Below, piece after piece: positions 21,797-29,670 of a stretch of 32,000 nucleotides of DNA. The notes beneath the pieces were generated by a model. It searched no databases, was not told the origin of the DNA, and saw only the letters and a list, made by a program, of their open reading frames with translations. The DNA lies in assembly GCA_963716945.1 (NCBI GenBank), contig OY970322.1:900001-932000 (forward strand), given 5' to 3'. Source of the DNA: Candidatus Saccharimonadota bacterium (GTDB taxonomy: Bacteria > Patescibacteriota > Saccharimonadia > Saccharimonadales > UBA4665). The number at the start of each line of letters is the position of its first letter. The first letter of the stretch is position 1. Position numbers and translations under genes: made by a program.

Positions 21797-22843
21797 CTAG
21801 CCGCCGGTAACGGTCAGGACGATGATGCCGATAATGTACAGCAGCAAAACGGCCAGCGAATCGATGCCCATGCGCAAAAAGACCCGTTTGGGCCGGACAA
21901 TCAGGCCGATGATATAAATTCCGGTCAACAAGATGCCCAGGCCGGCGAACCAGATATCGCTGGGCGTAGCGTGGGCCAGCACGGCGTGGCCGCTGATGAT
22001 GTCGCAGAGAATGAAAAAGGCCGGCATAATGGCGTTGCCGCCGAAAATATCGCTCATCGCCAGCTTGTAGTCGCCCAGCTTGATAGAGCTGAGGCCGGTG
22101 CTGATGTTAGGCAGCGAACCGGACAGGGCGATAAATGTCGCGGCGAACAAACCGCTGCCGATACCGAAGGCGGTAGCCAGCTGGCTGCCGGTGTTTTCAA
22201 TGATATAGCCCGATACCAGGGTGACAATGGAAGCCACGAACAAGATGGCGAAGACTTTGGCCATCGAAGCGGCGCGCAGCGGCGGGTGGTTGACTATCTG
22301 GCGGCGCTCATGGTGTTCGCGGCCGGGCGTCGCGGCGACGGCCTCGCTCTTCCAAGGCAACCCCTTCCGGGCCCGATAAACCAGCCACAGGCCGACCAGC
22401 CAGAGGGCCAATATGAGTATCGAAGCGAAGCTGATACTGGTGTGGGGCACAACCGCCGGCGTCCGGATAGCGATGATTGCCGTAACGGTGACCAGAATAA
22501 CCACGGCCGCTTCCAGCACCAGGGAGAGCGATGCCGCCGAATAGGTTAAGGCCGTGCGGCTTTTCATGCCGGCGTCCAGCAGGCACAGTACTACGGTTTG
22601 CATGGCGATGCCGCCGATCAGGGTGCCGATAATAATGTCGTAGTGGTGCTGCGCGGCGGCCGTGATGACCACTGCCATCTCCGGCAAACTGGTCGTTATG
22701 CCCAAGATCAGCAAGCCGCCGAAGGCGCTGCCAAGCTTGTATTTGGCGTCCAACGCGTCAGTCGTCCGGGTCAGCCAAACGCCGGCAATCCAGGTCGCGA
22801 TGGCGGCTACGGTGAACTCCAGCACCAGTGAGACATGGGACAT
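21797..22843 (-). CDS. Ca2+/cation antiporter (CaCA, sodium/calcium exchanger membrane region) family
   Basis: 348 aa and polytopic. Two alpha-repeat signatures: GITTSLPEMAVVI and LSGSLPNISTGL. Confidence 0.75.
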   Translation of the reverse strand: MSHVSLVLEFTVAAIATWIAGVWLTRTTDALDAKYKLGSAFGGLLILGITTSLPEMAVVITAAAQHHYDIIIGTLIGGIAMQTVVLCLLDAGMKSRTALTYSAASLSLVLEAAVVILVTVTAIIAIRTPAVVPHTSISFASILILALWLVGLWLVYRARKGLPWKSEAVAATPGREHHERRQIVNHPPLRAASMAKVFAILFVASIVTLVSGYIIENTGSQLATAFGIGSGLFAATFIALSGSLPNISTGLSSIKLGDYKLAMSDIFGGNAIMPAFFILCDIISGHAVLAHATPSDIWFAGLGILLTGIYIIGLIVRPKRVFLRMGIDSLAVLLLYIIGIIVLTVTGG

Positions 22844-22916
22844 CTTAAGGTTTATAATAGCACCTTTGTTTGAGCGGCAGTCTATTTGCCGCCGCCGGCG
22901 ATTAGGTCATACTGTT

Positions 22917-23597
22917 ATGGTGCTCGGGCTACTTATATCCTTGGCCTTATTGGGGCTGGCTTCAATCGATCCGGTCGGTATCGCGGCGGTGCTGGTCTTG
23001 CTGGCGCATAAGCGGCCGCTGGCACGCAGTTTTATATTCTTAGGCGGCAGCCTGACGGCGCTGCTGGCGGGCGGCCTGGTCTTAGCTAAAGGTTTCGGGT
23101 TGGCGGTGCTGCGGTTTGAAAAAACCCATGCCTGGCTGGTACCGGGCGTCGAAACGCTAGCCGGCCTGGTGCTGTTGGCTATCGGCGCGGTACTGGTCTG
23201 GCAGCTGAAAACCGGCCGGTCAAGCGCCGAACCGTCGGCTGCCATGATGAAACGCTTGCGGCTTGGCGACCTGCAATTATTCGTGCTGGGCGCGGTAATC
23301 GTGACCGTCCAGTCGATCGCCGACGTGGTTTTCGTTATCGCCATGATCCATGTCGGACAGCTTAATTTATCAACGGCGGCTATAGTGGCGGCAGTCGGGG
23401 TTTATGCGGTCGCGGCCCTGGTGCTGCAGCTGGCGGCCGTCGCGGCCTACCGGCTGGCGCCGCCTGATAAGCGAGCCGCCACTCTGGCCAAGGTCCATGG
23501 CTTGCTGGCCGGTTATTCCGGCCAGGCCTTGGTTTGCGTCAGCCTGCTGCTGGGCTGCGGGCTGCTAGGCGCAGGGCTGCTGGGATTTGGGCGATAA
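22917..23597 (+). CDS. GAP/Sap-like (DUF2910-type) membrane protein
   Basis: The track ORF 22662-23597 overlaps the antiporter. The plausible start is ATG 22917 (MVLGLLISLALLGLASIDPVGIAAVLVLLAHKRPLARSFIFLGG...). The family call is from memory of Sap-like proteins. Confidence 0.5.
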   Translation: MVLGLLISLALLGLASIDPVGIAAVLVLLAHKRPLARSFIFLGGSLTALLAGGLVLAKGFGLAVLRFEKTHAWLVPGVETLAGLVLLAIGAVLVWQLKTGRSSAEPSAAMMKRLRLGDLQLFVLGAVIVTVQSIADVVFVIAMIHVGQLNLSTAAIVAAVGVYAVAALVLQLAAVAAYRLAPPDKRAATLAKVHGLLAGYSGQALVCVSLLLGCGLLGAGLLGFGR

Positions 23598-24399
23598 CGT
23601 CGGAAGCTATCAGGCCGGGCTCGGTTTGGGCGGCGGCTGCCAGATCGCCGGCCAGGCCGTGCAGGTAGACGGCGGCTTCGACGCTTTTTACTTGCTGGGC
23701 GAGCAGGCCGGCGATTACGCCGGACAGCACGTCGCCGGTGCCGGCCGTGGCCAGGCCCGGATTGCCGGTCGGATTTTCGTAAACTTCACCGTCGGGACGA
23801 GCGACTACGGTACGAGAGCCCTTTAAGACCAGGGTTACATGGTGGTCTTGGGCAAAACGGGCGGCCGTCCGCTGGCGCCGATCCGGGCCGGCCGGCGGCT
23901 TGCTACCGGTCAGTTTTTGGTATTCGCCGGTGTGCGGTGTCAAGATGACGGCTGGGTTGCGGAGGCCGGCTTGCTCCAATAAATTCAGCTTGGCGCTGAA
24001 AGCCGTAATCGCGCCGGCATCAATGATTACCGGGATGTTTATTTTTGACAACAGAAGCGGGGCGATGGCGGCGAAAGCCGGTGACTGGCCCGGGCCGATA
24101 ATAACTACCGAGACTTTGCGGCCGGTAACGAAAGCCTCGGCTTCGTCGGCGGCCGCCGGCAAGGCATCGGCCAGGCGGAGGGTCATAACTTCCCTGACCC
24201 GCCTTTCGAGTTTGTCGATTACATCCGGCCGCGACGCGATGGTCACCAGCCCGGCCCCGGCCCTCAGCGCCGCTTCGGCCGCCAGCAACGGCGCGCCGAC
24301 CATGCCCGGCGACCCGCCGACAACCAGCACATGGCCGAAGTCATACTTATTGGCGTCAGCAGACCGCTTCAGCAAATCATGGAAAATATCTTCGAACAT
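23539..24399 (-). CDS. nnrD: ADP/ATP-dependent (S)-NAD(P)H-hydrate dehydratase (YjeF C-terminal domain)
   Basis: 286 aa. KYDFGHVLVVGGSPGMVGAPLLAAEAALRAGAGLVT and GNPGLATAGTGDVLSGVIAGL motifs. AGGAGTAGGGG SD. It is 6 nt downstream of the permease stop. Confidence 0.85.
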   Translation of the reverse strand: MFEDIFHDLLKRSADANKYDFGHVLVVGGSPGMVGAPLLAAEAALRAGAGLVTIASRPDVIDKLERRVREVMTLRLADALPAAADEAEAFVTGRKVSVVIIGPGQSPAFAAIAPLLLSKINIPVIIDAGAITAFSAKLNLLEQAGLRNPAVILTPHTGEYQKLTGSKPPAGPDRRQRTAARFAQDHHVTLVLKGSRTVVARPDGEVYENPTGNPGLATAGTGDVLSGVIAGLLAQQVKSVEAAVYLHGLAGDLAAAAQTEPGLIASDVIAQIPAALRLAARSPAAG

Positions 24400-24405
24400 C
24401 AGCCC

Positions 24406-25140
24406 CTACTCCTGCCGGCGAATAGTTACCGAACCGAGCACCAGGGCCACGACGGCGAAACCGAGGACGACCGCCAGGTCGCGCGTCAAGCTGCCGGACC
24501 AGAAGGCTTTGGCGGTCACTTGCTTCATGGCATCGACGCTGTAAGTCAGCGGCATGATGTCGGCGAACCACTGCAGCGGTTTGGCCATGTGGCCGCGGGC
24601 GACGAACAGGCCGCAAGTCAGCAGCTGCGGGAAAATTAAAGCCGGCATAAACTGGACGGCCTGGAACTCGGTCGTCGCGAAGGCGCTGACGAACAGGCCC
24701 AGGCTAGTTCCCAAAAAGGCTGAGAGGACGGCGCTGATCAGCACCGGCGCCGTGCCGCCAAGCACCGTCACCCCCAGACAGCCTAGGGTCACCGCGCATA
24801 CGAAAGACGCTTGCAGCAGCGCCAGCAGCGAAAATGCCAAGGCGTAGCCGAATACGAAATCCAGCTTCGAAGCCGGCATCGTCATCAGCCGGTCCAGCGT
24901 GCCGCTGGTCCGCTCGCGCAGGGTCGCTATAGAAGTTACTATGAACATAATTACCAGCGGAAAAATGCCCAGGATCATCGGCGCCAACCGGCCGAATGTC
25001 TGCGGCTCGGCCTGGAAGGTGTATTTGAGTATGACCAGCAGCAGCGACGGCACCAGCAGTATGAGGGCGATCGTCCGCGGGTCGTGCCGGAGCTGGCGCA
25101 GCACGCGGGCCGCGGTGGCTAGGGTCCTGCGCGGGCTCAT
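24406..25140 (-). CDS. ABC-2-type transporter permease
   Basis: The track ORF extends to 25344 inside the ATPase gene. The likely start is ATG 25140 (MSPRRTLATAARVLRQLRHDPRTIALILLVP...), overlapping the ATPase stop as ATGA. Six hydrophobic segments. Confidence 0.8.
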   Translation of the reverse strand: MSPRRTLATAARVLRQLRHDPRTIALILLVPSLLLVILKYTFQAEPQTFGRLAPMILGIFPLVIMFIVTSIATLRERTSGTLDRLMTMPASKLDFVFGYALAFSLLALLQASFVCAVTLGCLGVTVLGGTAPVLISAVLSAFLGTSLGLFVSAFATTEFQAVQFMPALIFPQLLTCGLFVARGHMAKPLQWFADIMPLTYSVDAMKQVTAKAFWSGSLTRDLAVVLGFAVVALVLGSVTIRRQE

Positions 25141-25847
25141 GCCTGTTCCCCGACCAGTTTGATGAAACTCTCCTCGACGGTTTTGGTCTTGGTCCGGTCG
25201 CATAAAGCGTCCGGGGTGTCGTAAGCCAGCAGCCGCCCGCCGCGGACCAGCAGCAGATCCTGGCAACGGCCGGCTTCCTCCATAACGTGGCTGGAAATCA
25301 GCAATGTCGTCCCGTTGGCCGCCAACTCGGTGAACATAGCCCACAACTGCTGCCTGAGTACCGGGTCAACGCCGACCGTCGGTTCGTCGAGCATCAGGAT
25401 TTTGGGACTGCCTAAGAGCGCCACCGCCAGCGACACGCGCGACCGCTGGCCGCCCGATAGGCTGCCCGCCAACTGGCCGGACTGCGGTTCAAGTTCGACT
25501 TGCTTGATTAGCTTGTCGGCCTCTTGTTTGGTCCGGCCGCCCATAGCCGCGAAATAGCGCACGTTCTCGCGCACGGTCAAGTCCGGGTAGACGGAGACGG
25601 ATTGGGTCATGTAGCCGATCTTGGAACGCAAGGCGGCCGAACCGGCCGGCTGCCCCAGGATTCGGGCACTGCCCGAACCGATCCGCTGGCGGCCGACCAA
25701 GGTCCGGATAAGCGTGGTTTTGCCGGCTCCGGACGGACCTAATAATCCGATAATGTGCCCCTCCGGCAAATCGACCGTTATGCCATCAAGTATTTTTTGG
25801 CCGCCCAAAGCCACCGATAGATTCTTTATTTCTATAGCCGGGCTCAT
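25137..25847 (-). CDS. ABC transporter ATP-binding protein
   Basis: 236 aa. Walker A GPSGAGKTT, signature LSGGQRSR, Walker B ILMLDEPTVGVD, H-loop SSH. Confidence 0.9.
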   Translation of the reverse strand: MSPAIEIKNLSVALGGQKILDGITVDLPEGHIIGLLGPSGAGKTTLIRTLVGRQRIGSGSARILGQPAGSAALRSKIGYMTQSVSVYPDLTVRENVRYFAAMGGRTKQEADKLIKQVELEPQSGQLAGSLSGGQRSRVSLAVALLGSPKILMLDEPTVGVDPVLRQQLWAMFTELAANGTTLLISSHVMEEAGRCQDLLLVRGGRLLAYDTPDALCDRTKTKTVEESFIKLVGEQA

Positions 25848-25901
25848 GTCTAAAGCATAGCAAACGGCGGCCGTAATACAATTTGCCTCGACTGGCCGGG
25901 C

Positions 25902-27137
25902 TTAGCTTGAGGCCCGGTGGCTACGGGCGAGTTTCGGCCGCCCGGCGATTAAGCCCAGTCCGGAAGCCAAAAGCGCTGACAAGCCGCCGACCGCCAAACC
26001 GACCCGCGGGTTGGAATGGTCGGCGATGAAACCGATAATCGGGCCGCCAATCGGCGTCGTGCCCAGGAAAGCCATCGTCCACAGCGACATTACCCGACCG
26101 CGCATAGCCGGCTCGCTGGTCAGTTGCAAAGTGGTGTTGCCGGTCGATATGAACATGATTGACAGCGCCCCGGCTATAGTCAATACGACCAGAGAAGTTA
26201 TGATGCCCGAAACGACCGCCGCCAGCAAGAGGCTAAGGCCGAAGGCGACGGCGGCAGTGATAAGCTGTTTCTGGCCGGCGGCTTTTTGGCCGGCCGTATA
26301 CAAGCCGCCGAACACCGAGCCGATAGCCATGGCCACGGTCATGGAGGCGTAAGTGCCGGCGTTGCCGTGCAGCGTAACCGTCGCCAGCAACGGCAGGATG
26401 ACCGGAAACTCATAAGCGAAAGTGCCGATAATAAACATCATTAGCAGCGTCGCCCTGAGCCGCGGTACGCTCAGTACGTAACGGATGCCAGCCCTGATCT
26501 GGCCGCCGGCCCGTTCCGAGTGCTGGGCCGGATGCAGTTCGCTCTTGCGCATCATCAGCAGTGCGACCAGGACCGCCACATAAGAAGCGGCGTTAATCAG
26601 GAAACACGGGCCGATACCGACGCTCAGGATTAAGACGCCGGCTATGGACGGGCCGATAATGCGGGCGCCGTTAACGATTGTCGAGTTGAGCGTGACGGCG
26701 TTCTTGAGGCGGTCGCGGCCGACCATTTCTATGAAAAAGGTTTGGCGCGACGGATTATCGACGACGGTCACCAGGCCCAGGCCGACGGCCAGACTATAGA
26801 TCATCCATAGGTGTATGCTGTTAGTCACTACCAGCAGCCCCAGTATTAACGCCAGCAGCCCGGCTATGGTCTGCGTACAGTACAGGATACGCCGCTTGTC
26901 AAACCGGTCGGCGATCACGCCGCCCCAGACCCCGAACAGCAGGATGGGCATAAACTGGGCCGCCACGACCAGGCCGATCTGGGTACCGGAATGGGTCAGT
27001 TTCAGCACCAGCCATGACAGGCCGATAGTTTGCATCCAGGTACCGCACATCGACAGCCCCTGGCCGAATATAAATAACCGGAAGTTGCGGACCTGCAGCG
27101 ACGCGAACGTCCGCCTCAATACACTTTGCACGCGCAC
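25902..27137 (-). CDS. MFS transporter (EntS/MFS_3-like, 12 TM)
   Basis: 411 aa with a GTG start. FRLFIFGQGLSMCGTWMQ and GGVIADRFDKRRIL are typical of this MFS subfamily. Confidence 0.8.
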   Translation of the reverse strand: MRVQSVLRRTFASLQVRNFRLFIFGQGLSMCGTWMQTIGLSWLVLKLTHSGTQIGLVVAAQFMPILLFGVWGGVIADRFDKRRILYCTQTIAGLLALILGLLVVTNSIHLWMIYSLAVGLGLVTVVDNPSRQTFFIEMVGRDRLKNAVTLNSTIVNGARIIGPSIAGVLILSVGIGPCFLINAASYVAVLVALLMMRKSELHPAQHSERAGGQIRAGIRYVLSVPRLRATLLMMFIIGTFAYEFPVILPLLATVTLHGNAGTYASMTVAMAIGSVFGGLYTAGQKAAGQKQLITAAVAFGLSLLLAAVVSGIITSLVVLTIAGALSIMFISTGNTTLQLTSEPAMRGRVMSLWTMAFLGTTPIGGPIIGFIADHSNPRVGLAVGGLSALLASGLGLIAGRPKLARSHRASS

Positions 27138-27257
27138 CTCACTTTTGTTTAGCCCGCTTTACTCTTATTATACGCCTTCCGAATCGGGCGGTCCGGTGGA
27201 CAAGCGGCAGCTTATTTTGTTAGAATGCCTGAATCACCTAGAATTGCCGGTTAACTC

Positions 27258-28406
27258 ATGACTAAAAAGCATCAACCCATTAAGGTCGCCGTAGCTGGCG
27301 TTGGCAATTGTTTCTCGGCCCTCTACCAGGGCTTCGCCTATTATAAGAAGCACAGCGGCAAGGACATACCCGGTCTGATGTTCGACGACATCGGCGGTTA
27401 TGCGCCGACCGACGTCGAGGTGGTGGCCGCTTTTGACATCGATAAGCGGAAGGTCGGCAAGCCGGTTGGCGAAGCGATTTTCGCCAAGCCTAACTGCGTC
27501 CGGGTTTTCATGCCGAAAGTTCCGGCCGGCCCGGTCGTCCAAATGGGACCCGTTCTGGACGGCGTTTCCGACTATATGCTGGCTCAGCCGGAAGACGAAA
27601 GTTTCCGGATTGCCAAAGCTAAGCCGGTCGACGTCGTCAAGGTGCTCAAGGACAGCGGTGCCGACATCCTGATCAATTACCTGCCGGTCGGTTCGCAGCA
27701 AGCGACGGAATTTTACGCCCAGGCGGCGATTGACGCCGGCGTGGCGTTCCTCAACTGCATCCCGGTCTTCATCGCCAGCGACCCGAAATGGGAGAAGAAG
27801 TTCATCAAAGCCGGCCTGCCGATCGTCGGCGACGATATGCGCAGTGCTTTCGGAGCCAGCATTTTGTCGCAGGTTCTGCAGGAGCTGGCCTTCGACCGGG
27901 GTTTCGTGGTCGACTTCCACCAGCAAATCAATATCGGCGGCAACACCGATTTCAACAACATGATGGTCCAATCCAGGCTGGCTTCCAAGAAGAAGTCCAA
28001 AGAGAACGTCATCCGCGCCCAGAACGAGCTGCGCGGCATACCAGTCCCCAAGCACAGCCTGTTCGCCGGACCCAGCACTTATCTGCCTTACTTGCAGGAC
28101 AACAAAGTCGCCTATTTCAACCTGCGGTTGCGCGGCTTCGGTGACGCTCCGGTTACGGCCGACATCAAGCTGTCGGTCCAGGATTCGGAGAATAGCGCCG
28201 GCGTCGTGATTGATGCCATCCGCTATCTTCAGGTAGCCCGCGAACTGGGCGTGGTCGGCGCCCTACGCGGACCCAGTGCCTGGACTCAGAAAACCCCGCC
28301 GCAACAGATGACTTATGCCGATGCCAAAGCGGCCTGCGAAGCCCTGGCCAAGCGCCAGATACCGCCGGCGCACGCCGCCAAGGCCAAGGCAGCCAAAGCC
28401 CGTTAG
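27258..28406 (+). CDS. ino1: Inositol-3-phosphate synthase (myo-inositol-1-phosphate synthase), Mycobacterium Ino1-type
   Basis: 382 aa. VAVAGVGNCFSALYQG, LINYLPVGSQQATEFYAQAAIDAGVAFLNCIPVFIASDPKWEKKF and GLPIVGDDMRS...NIGGNTDFNNM align closely with the M. tuberculosis Ino1 sequence as I remember it. Confidence 0.85.
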   Translation: MTKKHQPIKVAVAGVGNCFSALYQGFAYYKKHSGKDIPGLMFDDIGGYAPTDVEVVAAFDIDKRKVGKPVGEAIFAKPNCVRVFMPKVPAGPVVQMGPVLDGVSDYMLAQPEDESFRIAKAKPVDVVKVLKDSGADILINYLPVGSQQATEFYAQAAIDAGVAFLNCIPVFIASDPKWEKKFIKAGLPIVGDDMRSAFGASILSQVLQELAFDRGFVVDFHQQINIGGNTDFNNMMVQSRLASKKKSKENVIRAQNELRGIPVPKHSLFAGPSTYLPYLQDNKVAYFNLRLRGFGDAPVTADIKLSVQDSENSAGVVIDAIRYLQVARELGVVGALRGPSAWTQKTPPQQMTYADAKAACEALAKRQIPPAHAAKAKAAKAR

Positions 28407-28468
28407 CGCTTGAGGCCGGCTATTTTTCTTAAGCTCTATTTAAGAATAAGGCGTGTAGGATTTAGAAT

Positions 28469-28942
28469 ATGAAAAAAGCCGTGCTCACCGGTTTCGTGGT
28501 CTTGTCGTTTATCGTCTACAGCCTGCACCAGCGCAGCGACGGCTCGGCTAACGTTATTAAGCCGTCGGTGGTCACGCCGGCCGCCGCGCCGGCCGCCTCC
28601 TCGAGCGGTACTGATAATTCGAGCGGCAGCGCCTCAACCGCCCCTACGCCGGCCGCAACCTACAAAGACGGCCAGTACACCGGTACCGCGGCCGACGCCT
28701 ACTACGGCTTCATCCAGGTGCTGGCGGTCATTAGCGGCGGCAAGCTGACCGACGTCCAGTTCCTGCAGTACCCTAACGACCGTTCCAACTCGGTAGCTAT
28801 TAACTCTCAAGCCATGCCTTACCTTAAGCAGGAAGCCCTGCAGGCCCAAAGCGCCAACGTCAATATAGTTTCCGGCGCGACCGACACCAGCCAGGCTTTT
28901 ATCCAGTCACTGTCATCAGCTTTGGACAAAGCCAAGTCCTGA
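28469..28942 (+). CDS. FMN-binding domain protein with N-terminal signal/anchor (flavinylation substrate)
   Basis: 157 aa. N-terminal MKKAVLTGFVVLSFIVYSL, then an Ala/Pro/Ser linker, then an FMN_bind-like domain ending in NIVSGATDTSQAF. The SGAT Thr138 codon is at 28880-28882. Confidence 0.75.
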   Translation: MKKAVLTGFVVLSFIVYSLHQRSDGSANVIKPSVVTPAAAPAASSSGTDNSSGSASTAPTPAATYKDGQYTGTAADAYYGFIQVLAVISGGKLTDVQFLQYPNDRSNSVAINSQAMPYLKQEALQAQSANVNIVSGATDTSQAFIQSLSSALDKAKS

Positions 28943-29670
28943 TGAAACGGACCTGGCTGATTATGGGCATGCCGATTAGCGTCGTTATAAATGACCGGCT
29001 GCCGGACGAAGCCGCTTTCCGGGAAGTGCGCGATTACTTCCGGTCCGTCGACAGCCGCTACAGCCCCTACAAACCGGACAGCGAGGTTTCGAGAATCAAC
29101 GGCGGCCTGCCCGCATCACAATGGACCCGAGAGATGAAAGCCATCTTGGAACTTTGCCGGCAAACCAAGGACCAGACCAACGGCTACTTCGACGCCTTTC
29201 GCGGCAGCCAGTTTGATCCGTCCGGCCTGGTTAAAGGCTGGGCCATCAACAACGCCGCCGGCCTGCTTAAGAAACGCGGCCTCAAAGACTTTTACATCGA
29301 CGCCGGCGGCGACATCCAGGCCGGCGGCCGGCCGTGGAGCGTCGGCATCCGCAATCCGTTTAACGGGGACGAGATCGTCAAGGTCATAAATATTACGACT
29401 CAAGGCGTTGCGACATCCGGCACCTATATCCGGGGCCAGCACATTTACGACCCGGTTAACGGCAAGGACGAGATTAAGGACGTCGCCTCCTTGACCGTCA
29501 TCGGCCCTAATATATATGAGGCCGACCGTTTCGCAACGGCAGCTTTCGCCATGGGCAAAGCCGGCATTCGCTTCATCGAGTCGCTAAAGGGTTTTGAGGC
29601 GTATATGATAACCCGCGATAAACTGGCTACCCTGACCGGCGGCTTCGAGCGGTACGCGGGGGCGGCATGA
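28942..29670 (+). CDS. apbE: FAD:protein FMN transferase (ApbE family), short form without signal peptide
   Basis: 242 aa. IMGMPISVVI...FREVRDYFRSVDSRYSPYKPDSEVSRING and GWAINNAAGLLKKRGLKDFYIDAGGDI, ATSGTY and ADRFATAAF blocks are typical of ApbE. The start overlaps the upstream stop (TGATG) and the stop overlaps the next start (ATGA). Confidence 0.8.
   Translation: MKRTWLIMGMPISVVINDRLPDEAAFREVRDYFRSVDSRYSPYKPDSEVSRINGGLPASQWTREMKAILELCRQTKDQTNGYFDAFRGSQFDPSGLVKGWAINNAAGLLKKRGLKDFYIDAGGDIQAGGRPWSVGIRNPFNGDEIVKVINITTQGVATSGTYIRGQHIYDPVNGKDEIKDVASLTVIGPNIYEADRFATAAFAMGKAGIRFIESLKGFEAYMITRDKLATLTGGFERYAGAA

Noticed and set aside
22662-22916. N-terminal 85-codon extension of the GAP/Sap-like ORF
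   Set aside because: It overlaps the start region of the antiporter gene on the other strand. The hydrophobic family-like sequence begins at ATG 22917.
25141-25344. N-terminal 68-codon extension of the ABC-2 permease ORF
   Set aside because: It lies inside the ATPase gene in another frame and is Arg/Gly-rich. ATG 25140 gives a classic ATGA coupling and a normal permease N-terminus.
27210-27250. Direct repeat of TAGAATGCC / TAGAATTGCC upstream of ino1
   Set aside because: It is short and imperfect. It is most simply two alternative -10-like hexamers in an AT-rich promoter region, with no further structure.
27234-28055. 273-aa minus-strand ORF
   Set aside because: It is entirely antisense to the well-supported ino1 gene. 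It is a typical GC-rich shadow ORF with no motifs.
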